A stretch of 64,000 bases of DNA from positions 60,388,001 through 60,452,000 of the forward strand of contig OX597820.1 of assembly GCA_951406725.2 (NCBI GenBank), read 5' to 3'. The translations under genes were made by a program, and so were the position numbers. Source of the stretch: Octopus vulgaris (taxonomy: Eukaryota). Numbering within the stretch: position 1 is the first letter of the stretch; the number at the start of each line of letters is the position of its first letter. Below are positions 11,995 to 23,860 of this stretch, in pieces. Under the pieces are notes generated by a model, which had not been told where the DNA came from, ran no database searches, and saw only the letters and a program-made list of their open reading frames with translations.

Positions 11995-12584
11995 TGTGGG
12001 CTAAAGAACCCTGAAATAAAAAATATGGTTATTACACTCTAATTAAACATCAGAACAATGTAAGAAAAAGATTAAATTTTATTCAGGCAGCCTGAGTTTG
12101 ATTCCAATGACTAAGCTTTCAAGCTGGTGTCTGGTACACAAACTGACAATAGCTTCTTTCGTAAAATTATGATAGAATGTCTAAATATGAACGTTTTAAA
12201 ATGGATAGTTTTGTATCAAGGATGACAGGACAGTGTCAGGTGGACTGATATCAAGTAACAAAAGATATTTCCACTTTTTCAACTGAGAGCACAGGGTAGT
12301 GGGGCAGATGAGCTTCAGTATGTGAGAGTGGGAGAGTTAAACTAAAATTCACATAGGCTCACATTATTAGAATCATGAGAGCATTACAAAAATTGTTTTG
12401 TAGCATCTGATTCAATTTTTTACAATTTGAGCTTAAATCCTTTTGAGATCACCCATGCTTTTCATCCTTTCGGGGTTAATAAAATAAAGTAGCAGTCAAA
12501 TTACTGGGGTTAATATAATTGACTAACCCTTCCCCCTAAACTTGTTGGACTTTGAAACCATTATATCATACTCATTTTACATCA

Positions 12585-13140
12585 TTATCATCGTTGAACG
12601 TCCGCTTTCCATGCTAGCATGGGTTGGACGATTTGACTGAGGTCTGATGAACCAGATGGCTGCACCAGACTCCAATCTGATCTGGCAGAGTTTCTACAGC
12701 TGGATGCCCATCCTAACGCCAACCACTCTGAGAGTGCAGTGGGTACTTTTACGTGCCACTGGCACAAGGGCCAGTCAGGCAGTGGCCATACTCAAATAGT
12801 GCTTTTTATGTTCCACCTGCACAGGAGCCAGTCCAGCGGCACTGGCAATGACCTTGCTCGAATGTTTTTTCATGTGCCAGTAAGGCAACGCAGGTAACGA
12901 TCAGACTCGAATGGCGCTTTCTACGCGCCATCGGCACGGAGGCCAGCTTGTTGCTCTGGCAATGATCACACTCGTATGGTACTCTTAGCACTCCACTAGC
13001 ACGGATGCCAGTCATTGAATTTGATTTCAATTTCGATTTCACTTGCCTCAACAGGTCTTTGCAAGCAGTTTAGTATCCAATGAAGGAAAGGTACGCATAA
13101 ATGGGCTGGTTACACCCCTGGCATAGGCCACAAGGTTATG
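12585..13140 (-). mobile_element. SINE family D copy
   Basis: (CAT)n tail at left. Homologous to 9425-9993. Confidence 0.8.
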
Positions 13141-14140
13141 GTCTCTCCAAAAAATGAGGTTGACTTTACCTTTCATCATTTTGAATAAAATAAGTACCTG
13201 ACAAGCACTGGGGTTGATGTAATCAAATAGACCCCCACCCTCCAAAATTTCAGGCCTTGTGCTTATGGTAGAAAAGATTATCATTATTATTAGTAGTAGT
13301 ATTTTCATCCTCTATATACCTCTGACTTAGTCACTGGCACACTACCCACACTCCACATCACCTGTGCTGCCATTGTCCACCTTCCTGTTTCTTCCTCCAA
13401 ACTCTCTTTGTATTCACCATTTGGTTCTATCTCCATCCCAATCCATCAGCCACTCTCTTTTTCTATTCCCACAAACTTACCTACCCATTCACTGTCCACT
13501 CCTCTGGACCAATCCTCTTATATCCACCTTTCTGTAAATTGAGGGTACACCCTGACACATCTTCACTGTCTTCTCTCATTTTCCAACTGGCATAGCCATG
13601 TTACACCTCTCCCACAAGACACCAGGTTTTGACCCCTCCAGCATATGATACTTAAACTGCTTGCAAAGACCTGTTGAGGCAAGTGAAATCGAAATTGAAA
13701 TCAAATTCAATGACTGGCATCCGTGCTAGTGGAGTGCTAAGAGTACCATACGAGCGTGATCATTGCCAGAGCAACAAGCTGGCTTCCATGCCGATGGCGC
13801 GTAGAAAGCGCCATTCGAGTGTGATAAGGCAACGCAGGTAACGATCAGGCAACCTTTCATCACTTGGTATAAATCCATCTCCCTCAGTTGATCGGTCTTC
13901 TCTTGAGAGTTCTTTTGTAACCTTACTAGTGTCAGTATCATGTAGAAAGCATCCAGTACACTCTGTAGAATGGTTGGTATAAGGAAGGGCATTCAGTTAT
14001 AGAAATGATGTCAAAACAGATACTGGAGCTTGTTGCTGTCCTCTGACTTGTTGGCTACTATCAAAATGTCCAGCCCAAACTAACATAGAAACCGGATGTT
14101 AAATGGTAATGATGATGATGATGATGATGATGATGAAATG

Positions 14141-14570
14141 TTACTCTTTACTCTTACTTGTTTCAGTCATTTGATTGTGGCCATGCTGGAGCACTGCCTT
14201 TAGTCGAGCAAATCGACCCCAAGGACTTATTCTTTGTAAGCCTAGTACTTATTCTATCAGTCTCTTTTGCCGAATCGCTAAGTTACAAGGACATAAACAC
14301 ACCTGCATCGGTTGTCAAGCGATGTTGGGGGAACAAATGCAGACACACAAACATACATATATATATATATATGTGTATATATATATATATATATCCACAT
14401 ATATACGATGGGCTTCTTTCAGTTTCTGTCTACCAAATCCACTCACAAGGCTTTGGTTGGCCCGAGGCTATAGTAGAAGACAGTTGCCCAAGGTGCCACG
14501 CAGCGGGACTGAACCCAGAACCATGTGATTCGTAAGCAAGCTACTTACCACACAGCCACTCCTACGCCTA
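14141..14570 (-). mobile_element. tRNA-derived SINE family A (internal TA/TG microsatellite, GAGTAAAA tail)
   Basis: Head AGGCGYAGGAGTGGCTGTGTGGTAAG...GGTTCAGTCCC, with many near-identical copies in the window. Confidence 0.9.
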
Positions 14571-15614
14571 TGTTGTTGACAATGATCAAAAAAGTCCTGT
14601 TGCAATTTGGGAAGCAAGAGAGCTGGCATTGATATTTATCTACTGCAGGCAATCACTTTATATCTCTTTTGGAGCATTTGAATAGCCTGCAATAGGTAAG
14701 TTGATGTTTGATACATAATATGGAAACTGTTAACATTGAAAAAAGCAGCCAATGCTTTAATATATATATCCTTTATAAATGGAAACACGAAAAAACGCCT
14801 GAAATTTTATGCAAGAACCCCCACCAAAAGGGAGGAGGTATAGCAAATGGATCCTATGAAATCAATTCTAAAGAAAATTATTTTTCTGGATAACATTGTC
14901 CTTAAGATTTAGGATTTACAATATGTAATCTGGAGCGTTATCCTTTAGTGTTCTGATTACTCTGTTAAATGTAATACTTTTTCACTCAAATTGTTTTGAA
15001 TTAATCATGCATTATCTTATAGCTTTGATGGATGTTTCAATGATGTGATTGTTAATTTTTAGAATGTCAATGTAGGTTAGGTGGGAGAGGCCAGATATCG
15101 CCCGTTTGAATATAAAACATGTAGAATATTTGGGCCGGATATGGCCGGTTTAAACACTAAAGGTATAGATTAGAAATTAGATTGGTTTGTTTAGGAATAT
15201 TTGACAGCTTCATTAAGCTGAACCGTGAAAACACTTTTTTTTTTTAAATATAAAAAAATGGTTGGAGAAAACTGGAGCTGGTCTTGGTGTTTATCACACG
15301 TTATCTTGCAGTAACTTACTCTTCATGCTGCTCTTTAAAAGAGCCAGTCTTAAAAACAAAAGGTGAAATACGGAGAAAAGTTTAAATTTCCAAAGAAGTG
15401 CAGTTGTGGAGAAGAAGACCGCATGCAGATCTCTGTGAGAAGAGATTACTGGTTCAACACAGGTGGTTTTATGTTTCGAAATAATTAACTTTTAATGAAG
15501 GGGAGTTAATTTGATTTGTTTCAGTGAAATAATTACATAAAGCTAGAGTTTATTCTACTTCACTTTTGTATCTGGTTTGCAAGATTCTTTATGTGAATTC
15601 GTGTGTTGAAACAA

Positions 15615-15870
15615 ATTTTGCTGTGTCTAGGGACAGTCATACTGTCTTAATGCTTTATTATCCAACACATTCACCGGTTCGATTTCCACTCATTAATTAT
15701 TTATATTTTTTTCTTCTGCGCAACCTTGTCAATGGATGAGTCAACATCCGTTGACAAGTTTGCAAAAACAATGAAAATTTTGGAAGAAAGAATTTAATAA
15801 ATGAATGGAAATCGAACCGGTATGATAATAAGGCACTAAGACAGTATGATTCTCCCCAGACACAACAAAA
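15615..15870. repeat. Imperfect ~255-bp fold-back palindrome (MITE-like; related partial copy at about 3340-3480)
   Basis: Centre gcaaccttgtcaatggatg-agtcaa-catccgttgacaagtttgc. Outer arms accggttcgatttcca/tggaaatcgaaccggt and ttttgctgtgtct/agacacaacaaaa. Confidence 0.75.
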
Positions 15871-16425
15871 TCACACAAGGAATTATGGAAAATAACAAGC
15901 AACAAGTTATAGACAGATCTGCGTATATAGAAGCTAAAAATCTTCTTCAAATCTCAAGTTGTCTAAATACTATGAACTGATCTATTAAAATCATTCATTA
16001 TTTTTCTATGACCACTTTGTGATTAACAGAAACCCGTCAAACAATAACGATACTGCGATTACATCGTTACTGTATGCCGGTAACGATTGAAGAATCATGA
16101 TGTAAACAGTTGAATAACTTAGCAATGTGTCACGAATATAAATCTTGTTTTAATGAAATGATAGACTATACTAAAACGGTTCTTGTCATGACAAATATTC
16201 TTAATCAAATAATTAACTTAATTACTGTGTATTAAAACTGTAAACAAGTGTTTATAACAAGATATTTTGGTAAAAAAACACATCTAAAGAAATTTCAACA
16301 GTTTAAAAAGTATGTTCGTATCGACAGTCAGTAATTTATTTGTAGTTAAAATGAAAATACTTTTAAAACAAAGAGTTGACACATTTTAAATCAACGATAT
16401 AATATAAATAATTAATCAATCTTAC

Positions 16426-16900
16426 CCAAATAGTAAAATTTAACACTCAAACATTAAGTCGTAAATCAAAACTGGCGCGATAAGATTTTATAATTTTTGT
16501 AATGTATTCGCTGCTGAAACGAAATAGGAACATAAGCGAAGCGAAACAGATAACTCTACTTTATTTATGAAAATCAATGTTTCTTTTTATTTATTTATTA
16601 TATAGTCTGATGAGGATGAGCATATTTTTTAACCTTTTTTCTTTTCAAGAAAAATATCTTTCCAGGCGATATAACTCATAATAATATTTTTGCGTGAAGG
16701 GGAACGAATCATAACAACTACCTCATGTGAACTTCAATATTTTGGGACGACGTCCGGTGGGCCACGTTTTATGGTGCTTGTTCTATCACTTTCAAGACGA
16801 TATATTTTATCTAGTTATAACCCGGGCTACCGTCATCTGTGGGTTTGGTGAAATATGTATATACTCATTAATTCGACAAACCAATGAGCGATTACAATTC
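16426..16900 (-). promoter_or_regulatory. Putative promoter and non-coding first exon of the minus-strand gene
   Basis: Donor TTGG|gtaaga at 16425. Repeat-poor segment where CpGs reappear. CpG is visibly depleted to the left (gene-body-like) and retained to the right. Confidence 0.35.
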
Positions 16901-17034
16901 TTAGATTTTCGACTTGTTGATTTGCCACTGCACACGCTATACAATTTTCTTCTCAGAGTTATTAATATATTGGGGCCCCTCTCTCTCTCTTCCCCTCCCT
17001 CCCACAATCTCTCTCTCACACACACATACCAATT

Positions 17035-17530
17035 TACGAGGGAATGCTGAAAAGTTCCTGGCTTGAAGGGTGTCGCGAAAAGCCTAGCTGGAGATCCAAC
17101 CTTCCGAGTTCTTTTACAGGGCTTAGAAAAGCTGAATGACCGCTGTAATGAGTGTGTGAACCTGAGGGGGAAATATGTTGAATAACATCATGGCATTCTT
17201 TCGATATAACTTGACAAAATCAAAACCCTTCACTTCGGGTATTTCCGTGGAAACAAATGACAGTTCGATTCTGTTTTCTGCTTGGAAATTTGAGAATTTT
17301 ACATACACACATGAAACAGTTAAGAACAAAGATGCAAGGCTTTTTTTTTCTTCAAGTTTAAAATGAGACATTGCTGGCATAATTTCGTTATATCTATTAC
17401 TCCACAACCCACGGAAATACCCGAAGTGAAATGTCTCGACCTTGTCGAGCTATATCGAAGGAATGCCAACATCATAAGTGATCCTCCTGTATTTTCTTTT
17501 ACTCAAAGACAGGAACTTTTCAGCACTCAG
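17035..17530 (+). mobile_element. mariner-derived MITE with a nested second MITE (17190-17468)
   Basis: TIR TAcgagggaatgctgaaaagttcctg / caggaacttttcagcactc. Retains transposase C-terminus KLNDRCNECVNLRGKYVE*. Inner ~60-bp inverted repeats at 17190-17250 and 17408-17468. Confidence 0.75.
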
Positions 17531-17671
17531 TTGTTTAACGGTACACGGCGACTTTTCTGTCTACGTTTGCGTACAAGTTGATGAATGCATGTGAGCTTCA
17601 CACATGCTTGCTTGTGTGTATTTGCACGTATGTGTGATTACGTTTACACACACACACACACACACACACAT

Positions 17672-18255
17672 AAGAAAAGAAACGGAGCAACAATTAACAA
17701 TTAGAAGTTGATCATTGGTGTTAAATGGTCATAGTTTAATTGTAGTTAAAAAAGCATTTACAGCTGTTTCAGTTGGTTGTTTTTGAGGTAAATTTGCATT
17801 TATCTCGTTCCATGTAACAAACATCCCCAGAATGATTTAGAGTTTATCAGAAGAATATTGACTGGAGAAAAAGGAAACAAGGAAAAAAGGGAGTGTCCTT
17901 TAAGGCTGCACGTGTGTGTACATTTCTTCAATTAGATGAATGGAGCAGTCCCCACTTACTGCCCCATTCATCTGATTGAAGAAATGTACACGCACTTGCA
18001 GACTTAAAGGACACAAAAATGTAAGCCTTAAGACTTGCTCTTTTACTCTTTACTCTTTTACTTGTTTCAGTCATTTGACTGCGGCCATGCTGTAGCACCG
18101 CCTTTAGTCGAGCAAATCGACCCCAGGGCTTATTCTTTGTAAGCTTAGTACTTATTCTATCGGTCTCTCTTTTGCCGAACCGCTTAGTTACGGGGACGTA
18201 AACACACCACCATAGGTTGTCAGGCGATGTTGAGGGGACAAACACAGACACACAA

Positions 18256-18338
<83 letters not shown>

Positions 18339-18692
18339 CATATATACGACGGGCTTCTTTCAGTTTCCGTCTACCAAATCCACTCACAAGGCTTTGGTCA
18401 GCCCGAGGCTATAGAAGAAGACTCATGCCCAAGGTGCCACGCAGTGGTAATGAAGCCGGAACCATCTGGTTGGTAAGCAAGCTACTTACCACACAGCCAC
18501 TCCTACGCCTATTTCTTTTTTTCCTTTTCCTTTCCCTTTTCTCCTGTCAGTATTCTTCTGATGATGTTTGTTACATGGAACAAGATAAATGTGAAACAGC
18601 TATAAGTGTTGTTTTAACTACAATTAAACTATGGCCATTTAATACCGACGATCAACTTCTGATTGTTAATTGTTACTCCATTTCTTTTCTTA
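17672..18692. repeat. Older inverted pair of PLE-type repeats (arms about 17672-17890 and 18512-18692) with decayed CAGCTG-type hammerheads
   Basis: Arms are reverse complements. Left(-) CTGATAA...GAAACAGCTGTA; right(+) CTGATGA...GAAACAGCTATA. Confidence 0.7.
18040..18510 (-). mobile_element. SINE family A
   Basis: Full-length copy with internal (CA)n. Confidence 0.9.
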
Positions 18693-18840
18693 TCTGAATA
18701 TATTAAACTACGGTTTGCCATTTAAGTTACCAGCTACTGTTAATCTCTTATCAAAGCCTATACATAGTTAGGTAATACATCAGTAGTGCCTACAGATACA
18801 TTTATCCCTTAGACGGTTGCACAACCTCTAACTCGTAATT

Positions 18841-18850
18841 TATATATATA

Positions 18851-18942
<92 letters not shown>
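18841..18942. repeat. (TA)n(GA)n compound microsatellite
   Basis: Seen directly. Confidence 0.95.
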
Positions 18943-18945
<3 letters not shown>

Positions 18946-19053
18946 AGCACATAAATATGAAGCAATATGGGAGAAAATATTACTCGAATACCGGAGGTAG
19001 AGTAATATGCTTCATTATTAAAGCAGCAAAACCATCACAAAAATATCTCAAAA

Positions 19054-19095
19054 AACTGCTACTCAGAGTTTCACGTTCCCGTTCGTCGAGCAGTT
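19054..19095 (-). ncRNA. Hammerhead-like motif, family D (variant core)
   Basis: aactgc-TCGACGA-acg-ggaa-cgt-GAAA-ctc-t-gag-TA-gcagtt. All three stems pair, but the core deviates from CUGANGA. Confidence 0.6.
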
Positions 19096-19224
19096 ATGAT
19101 CCAGATTCTAGATTACACCTTTATAGCATCACCAGCATCACTCCTTCATAGTCAGCCTTGGAACTTTTCAGCCTATGCTCGTATGTATGTATGTATGTAT
19201 GTATGTATGTATGTATTAAGAAAT

Positions 19225-19670
19225 CAAGAAATGAGCTCATACTATTATTATCTGTGTTTGGAACAAAAAAATATTCAATTGCTTGAGGTCTCTCCAATCA
19301 TATAAACCAGGAGAAAAACATTTGACGAACTCTGTCAGCTCATGAAGAATGACTTCGACTTTATCTCCATTGAAATTCTTGAGCGGTTTTTGTTCTATTC
19401 CCAAGACAGAACAGGCCAAGAAATCATTAACCTGTATGTCTCAGCACTTGGAAAAATGTTCGAGGAATGTAAATATCACTGGCGGTGCCCCAGCATGGCC
19501 AAAAGCATTAGGGCTGAAACATATTAAAGGAGTACACTCAAATGACAACTAAGAGGCAGGTCAGTGGGTAGGGTCTGTAATGAAAAAAATTCAACAACGA
19601 CTGCTCAATGAAAGAACACTGACATTAGGGAATGCCCTCGAAATATCGGAGGCAATTAAATCAGCCACAG
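19225..19670 (+). pseudogene. Ty3/Gypsy gag remnant
   Basis: Broken frames read KPGEKTFDELCQLMKNDF...EILERFLFYS...INLYVSALGKMFEEC...IQQRLLNERTLTLGNALEISEAIKSA. Confidence 0.7.
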
Positions 19671-19780
19671 TGTTTTAGGGATATACGTAGTGTGATTTGC
19701 CAATTTTCAGTTTCAAAACAACAACAACAAAAAATTTTAATAGTTCTATGTTTAATATTGAATCTCTTTTCACTAAAAAC

Positions 19781-19828
<48 letters not shown>

Positions 19829-20817
19829 ATCTATGTTTTGGTCGTCACGTATTTTGAAAATACAAAATTGATGTCAGACGACATCTATCTATCCAAGAGT
19901 ACTCTTTGGCCTTAATGTTTTAATAGGCTTTCTTGAATTTATGTTTTGTAACATTCTGTGATGACAAAATAAACTTTATTCATAACCATATAATTAAGAG
20001 ATGACACCAAATGATAAGGATGGTGTATAGACAGACTCGTTTGAGGTGGTTCAATATCTTACATGGTGTTTAGTTACAGCACTTTACATCGTTTTTAACT
20101 TTCATACTTCCAAGGTCGATAAAATAAATATCGCCCGAGTACTGGGGATGATTAAAATCGGTGGTTCCTCCTTAACAAAAAAGAAATAATAATCTATAGC
20201 CAAATCGCACACTGATCGATAACTTTGATTGTCGATAGGTCAAGCAAATGACCATTTATCCTCACTAATGCGTACACAATTAAATAGCAGTTGTAATAAT
20301 AGCTAATTTATAAGGTGGCGAGTTGGCAGAATCGTTTGCACGTCCGGAAAAATGCCTACTAGCATTTTGTTCGTCTTTATGTTCTGAGTTCAAATCCCGC
20401 TGATATCGGCTTTATTTTTCTTTCCTTTCGGACTCTATAAAATAAGTACCAGTTGAACACGGGGTCGTGGTAATCGACTTAACCCCCTAACCCAAACTTG
20501 TAGGCCTTGTGCAAAAACTTGAAACTAATAATGAATAATTTAGGTACGAATTCAGCAATTATGTTCACCCAGCTGCTTGAATGGTACCTTATTTTAAAGA
20601 TCTCGGTATGATGAAATCTAAAGTTAACCGCAGCTGGATTTGAACTCAGAACATAAAGGGATTTTTTTCTCTCGATATTTTACTAATTCTGTCTCTCCCA
20701 ATCCAAACAGTAATGGTAAAAATTCTTTCTACTTTAGGAACAAGGCTTGAAATTTTGTAGGAAGGTGCTAGTCGATTACATTGACCCAGAGTTCCACTGA
20801 TACTTATTTTATCTTAT

Positions 20818-21078
20818 CACTAACATAGCTGGGGTTGCGGTGGTGGTTTAGAGGCGGTCCACCACGGACGGCACTTTTAAAGGGGCAGCGCTTCTCACCC
20901 TGTTGTAGACTATAAGTCAGAATAGATTTTATTGAAATAATACGGTATACAATAATTGCCGATATTATACAAAGAAAAAAAAATAACTACTTGAAATGCA
21001 TTATAATTTGGGTCTACTGTTGGCAATATGTGTTTTTTGTGGGTTCCGGGGGCGACACACACTCTAGCTATGCTAGCG
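20818..21078. mobile_element. hAT-like MITE, same family as 30623-30788 in opposite orientation
   Basis: TIR cactaacatagct / agctatgctagcg, plus shared GGCGACACACACT and GGCACTTTTAAAGGGG motifs. Confidence 0.6.
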
Positions 21079-21664
21079 ATTTTGCTAGCTCGCCGTCTTA
21101 AGATGGCCTAAATATTAATTTAATTATGTATTACCTTAAGGCGACGAGCTCGCAGAATCGTCTTCGCACCGAACAAAATCCTTAGCAGCATTTCTTTCGG
21201 TTTTATGTTCTGAGTTCAAATTTCGCCGAGATAGACTTATCCTTTTGAGGTCGATAAAATAAGTACCATTTGAGTTCCAGGGGTCATTGTAACTGACTGG
21301 ACTCCGCGTCTAAAATTTCAGGCCTTGTGCCTATAGTAAAATTTCAGGGGTCTACACATTTTTTTCTGACACCTGAGCTGTAGTACTGATAGGCACTAAG
21401 TGATAAACACTTTTACAGTAAAACAATATATACATTTGCATAATATTCCTGATGTGATTGCACTCTCTGAGCACATGCGAGGTGGTATTAAAACATTCTC
21501 GGATTAGTTCTGTAGCGACCCAACATATGGCTGCGTACAGTGCACGCGCAGTGAGAGTGAGCAGTGACCTTCATGAAGCAGTGTGCCAAAGGGACATCGC
21601 TGTGTTTACTTCGCAAGTTCTGAAATCTTGGTTTTGTGATCCTGTGTATGCGGTAGTCTGTGAT

Positions 21665-22120
21665 TTTGCTCCCGCCTGCTGACCACTGAACAGAAAGAAC
21701 ATCGCGTCGAAGTCTGTAAGATTTCCGTCAGTGTGCCGCTAATAACCCATCTTTCATGTCGAAGATCATCACCAGTGACGAGAGTTAAGTTTACGGGTAC
21801 GGCCCTGAAACGAAGCAGCAATCGTCACAATGGAAGAGCCCTTCATCTCCACAACCGAAGAAGGCACGACAGCCGTAGCTCAATCAAGAGCATGCTTATT
21901 GTTTTTTCCGACATCCGCGGTATTGTGCATCGAGTGTTCATCCCCCAGGGCCAGACCGTCAATTGAAAGTTCTACTGTGACGTTTTGAAGTGTTTGAGAG
22001 CGAGAGCAAATGAATCTTTGGAGCATGAAGAATTGGATTCTTCAAGACGACAATGCACCCTGTCACCGAACTCTCCTCACTCGTGAGTTCCTTCGTCTAA
22101 AACAACATGGTGTCGCTTTA
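21665..22120 (+). pseudogene. mariner transposase remnant
   Basis: PRLLTTEQKEHRVEVC...KIITSDE...YGPETKQQSSQWKSPSSPQPKK...KSMLIVFSDIRGIVHRVFIPQGQTVN...DDNAPCH, with frameshifts and stops. Confidence 0.9.
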
Positions 22121-23059
22121 GCGGGTGTTTCGAATAATTGTGTATAATTCAAATGATTTATGCTTTAGTGTGAATTAAATGCAAAGATTTATTGACAATG
22201 GTGTATTACCCAGTCATGTTTCGAATAATTCATGTGGTTCAAATAATTTATGTTCGGGAGGCATTTATTACTGTTGCACTATCTGTGAATCAGATATGAC
22301 AATTCTTTCAGGAAAGACGCGGGTGGTTTTTGGAAGTAATTTAAAAAGAACATGTAAAATAGGTTTAGAAATATTTGCTTAGAAATTACGAATTTAGATG
22401 ATAACGAACAGATAAAGAAACAGATAAGTTCGTTTTAAAGTGTGCGCATACAAGAAATGCTTACAAACAACAATAAAAATATGGCAACCTTAATAACCTT
22501 CAGGATCATATTTCAGTATTTCACTTTCTCTTTTTTCTTTTACGCTTTAAATATGTTAAATAAAAACAACCAACTAAGAATACTAAATAGTTATGTTTAA
22601 TGAAAACGCATGAAATGGAAATTTCAGAATAAAGTAACCTTGTCCTTTTTGTTCAAAGACTTATTTTTCTTTTCTTTGTTCACAGTTTCTCACACGTCGA
22701 GATAAAAGTTTGTTATTAAAATTCAAAATCGTTTTCCAGCATTTGAGGATGTAGACTGTTGGTGACCCACGATGTGCAATTAGTTTACTTACATTGCGAG
22801 GTGGCGAGCTGGTAAAATGCTTAACAGCATTTCGCCCGTCTTTACATTCCGGGTTCAAATACCTTTACTTTTCAGCCTTTTGGGGCCCATAAAATAAGTA
22901 TCAGTTGAAAGCTGATTGCTGGCCTTGTACCAATATTTGAAACTAATATATTTGGTATTTATTTTATTGACCACGAAAAGATGATAGGCAAGGTCAACCT
23001 CGAGAGAACTGAACTCAGCGCTAAGCATTTTGTTCAGTGTTGTAACGATTCGTTTTTCT

Positions 23060-23285
23060 TTATTGCCCACAAGGGGCTAAACATAGAGGGGACAAACAAG
23101 AACAGAAAAGGGGATTAAGTCGATTACATCGACCCCAGTGCGTAACTGGTACTTAATTTATCGACCCAGAAAGAATAAAAGGCAAAGTTGACCTCGGCAG
23201 AATTTGTACTCAGAACGTAACGGCAGACGAAACGCCGCCAAGCATTTTCTCCGGCGTACTAAGGATTCAACAAGTTCACCACCTT
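23060..23285 (-). mobile_element. tRNA-derived SINE family B (other single copies at about 20312-20530, 21138-21340, 24990-25200, 61570-61760, 62140-62340)
   Basis: Head AGGCGGCGAGCTGGCAGAA...GAGTTCAAATTCC and core GCCTTTCATCCTTTCGGGGTCGATAAATTAAGTACCAG. Confidence 0.85.
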
Positions 23286-23744
23286 ACATCTATCACAATA
23301 AATTATTTATATTCGAATGTTTATGCGACTTCAAAGGTGTCATGTCTGGCGGTGTTTTTCATTAATTGGAGAGGAGCAAAGGGTAAAGTTGTTGCAGACA
23401 AGATTTGTAATTAGAATTACGAGGGCTGAATTTATTTGGTAGATTTTTATCTATCACCCTGTTTAACATCATCACTTGGTCCATGGCTTACCTTGTTGCA
23501 AGCACCTGATTCAAGTCTCCAGTCTGAGGAAAATTCTTCTCGTCTCCCACTTGTTTCGGAGGCCATGGTGTATAGTTACTGTACTTCTTTTCCTTTCTCT
23601 TCCCTTATGCGCTCCAGCCCAAAGGCTGTGGCTCTGCTGGACACCCCCGTTATCAATTTTTCAAAGGTCATTCTCAAATGGTTGGATTTTGATGACTGAG
23701 CGGTTTTAATATTATTGCTCTTATTTGAGTTTCTTACCGTGATA

Positions 23745-23860
23745 TAGACTCACTAGAGATCTTGGACAGCAGAAAGACAAGGTTCTTTTTGAGAAAAAAA
23801 AATCCATGCTTCATGTACATCCCCCAGGTTCTTTGGCAGACTATTAAACATCTGTGGATT
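23745..23860 (-). pseudogene. LINE ORF2 C-terminal remnant (CR1/L2-group-like)
   Basis: PQMFNSLPKNLGDVH motif. Confidence 0.45.

Noticed and set aside
14649-14695. Plus-strand mini-exon with good splice sites
   Set aside because: Stops in all three frames and no partner exons.
16605-16660. CTGATGAG hammerhead core
   Set aside because: No stem II, no properly placed GAAA-stem III-UH and no stem I partner.
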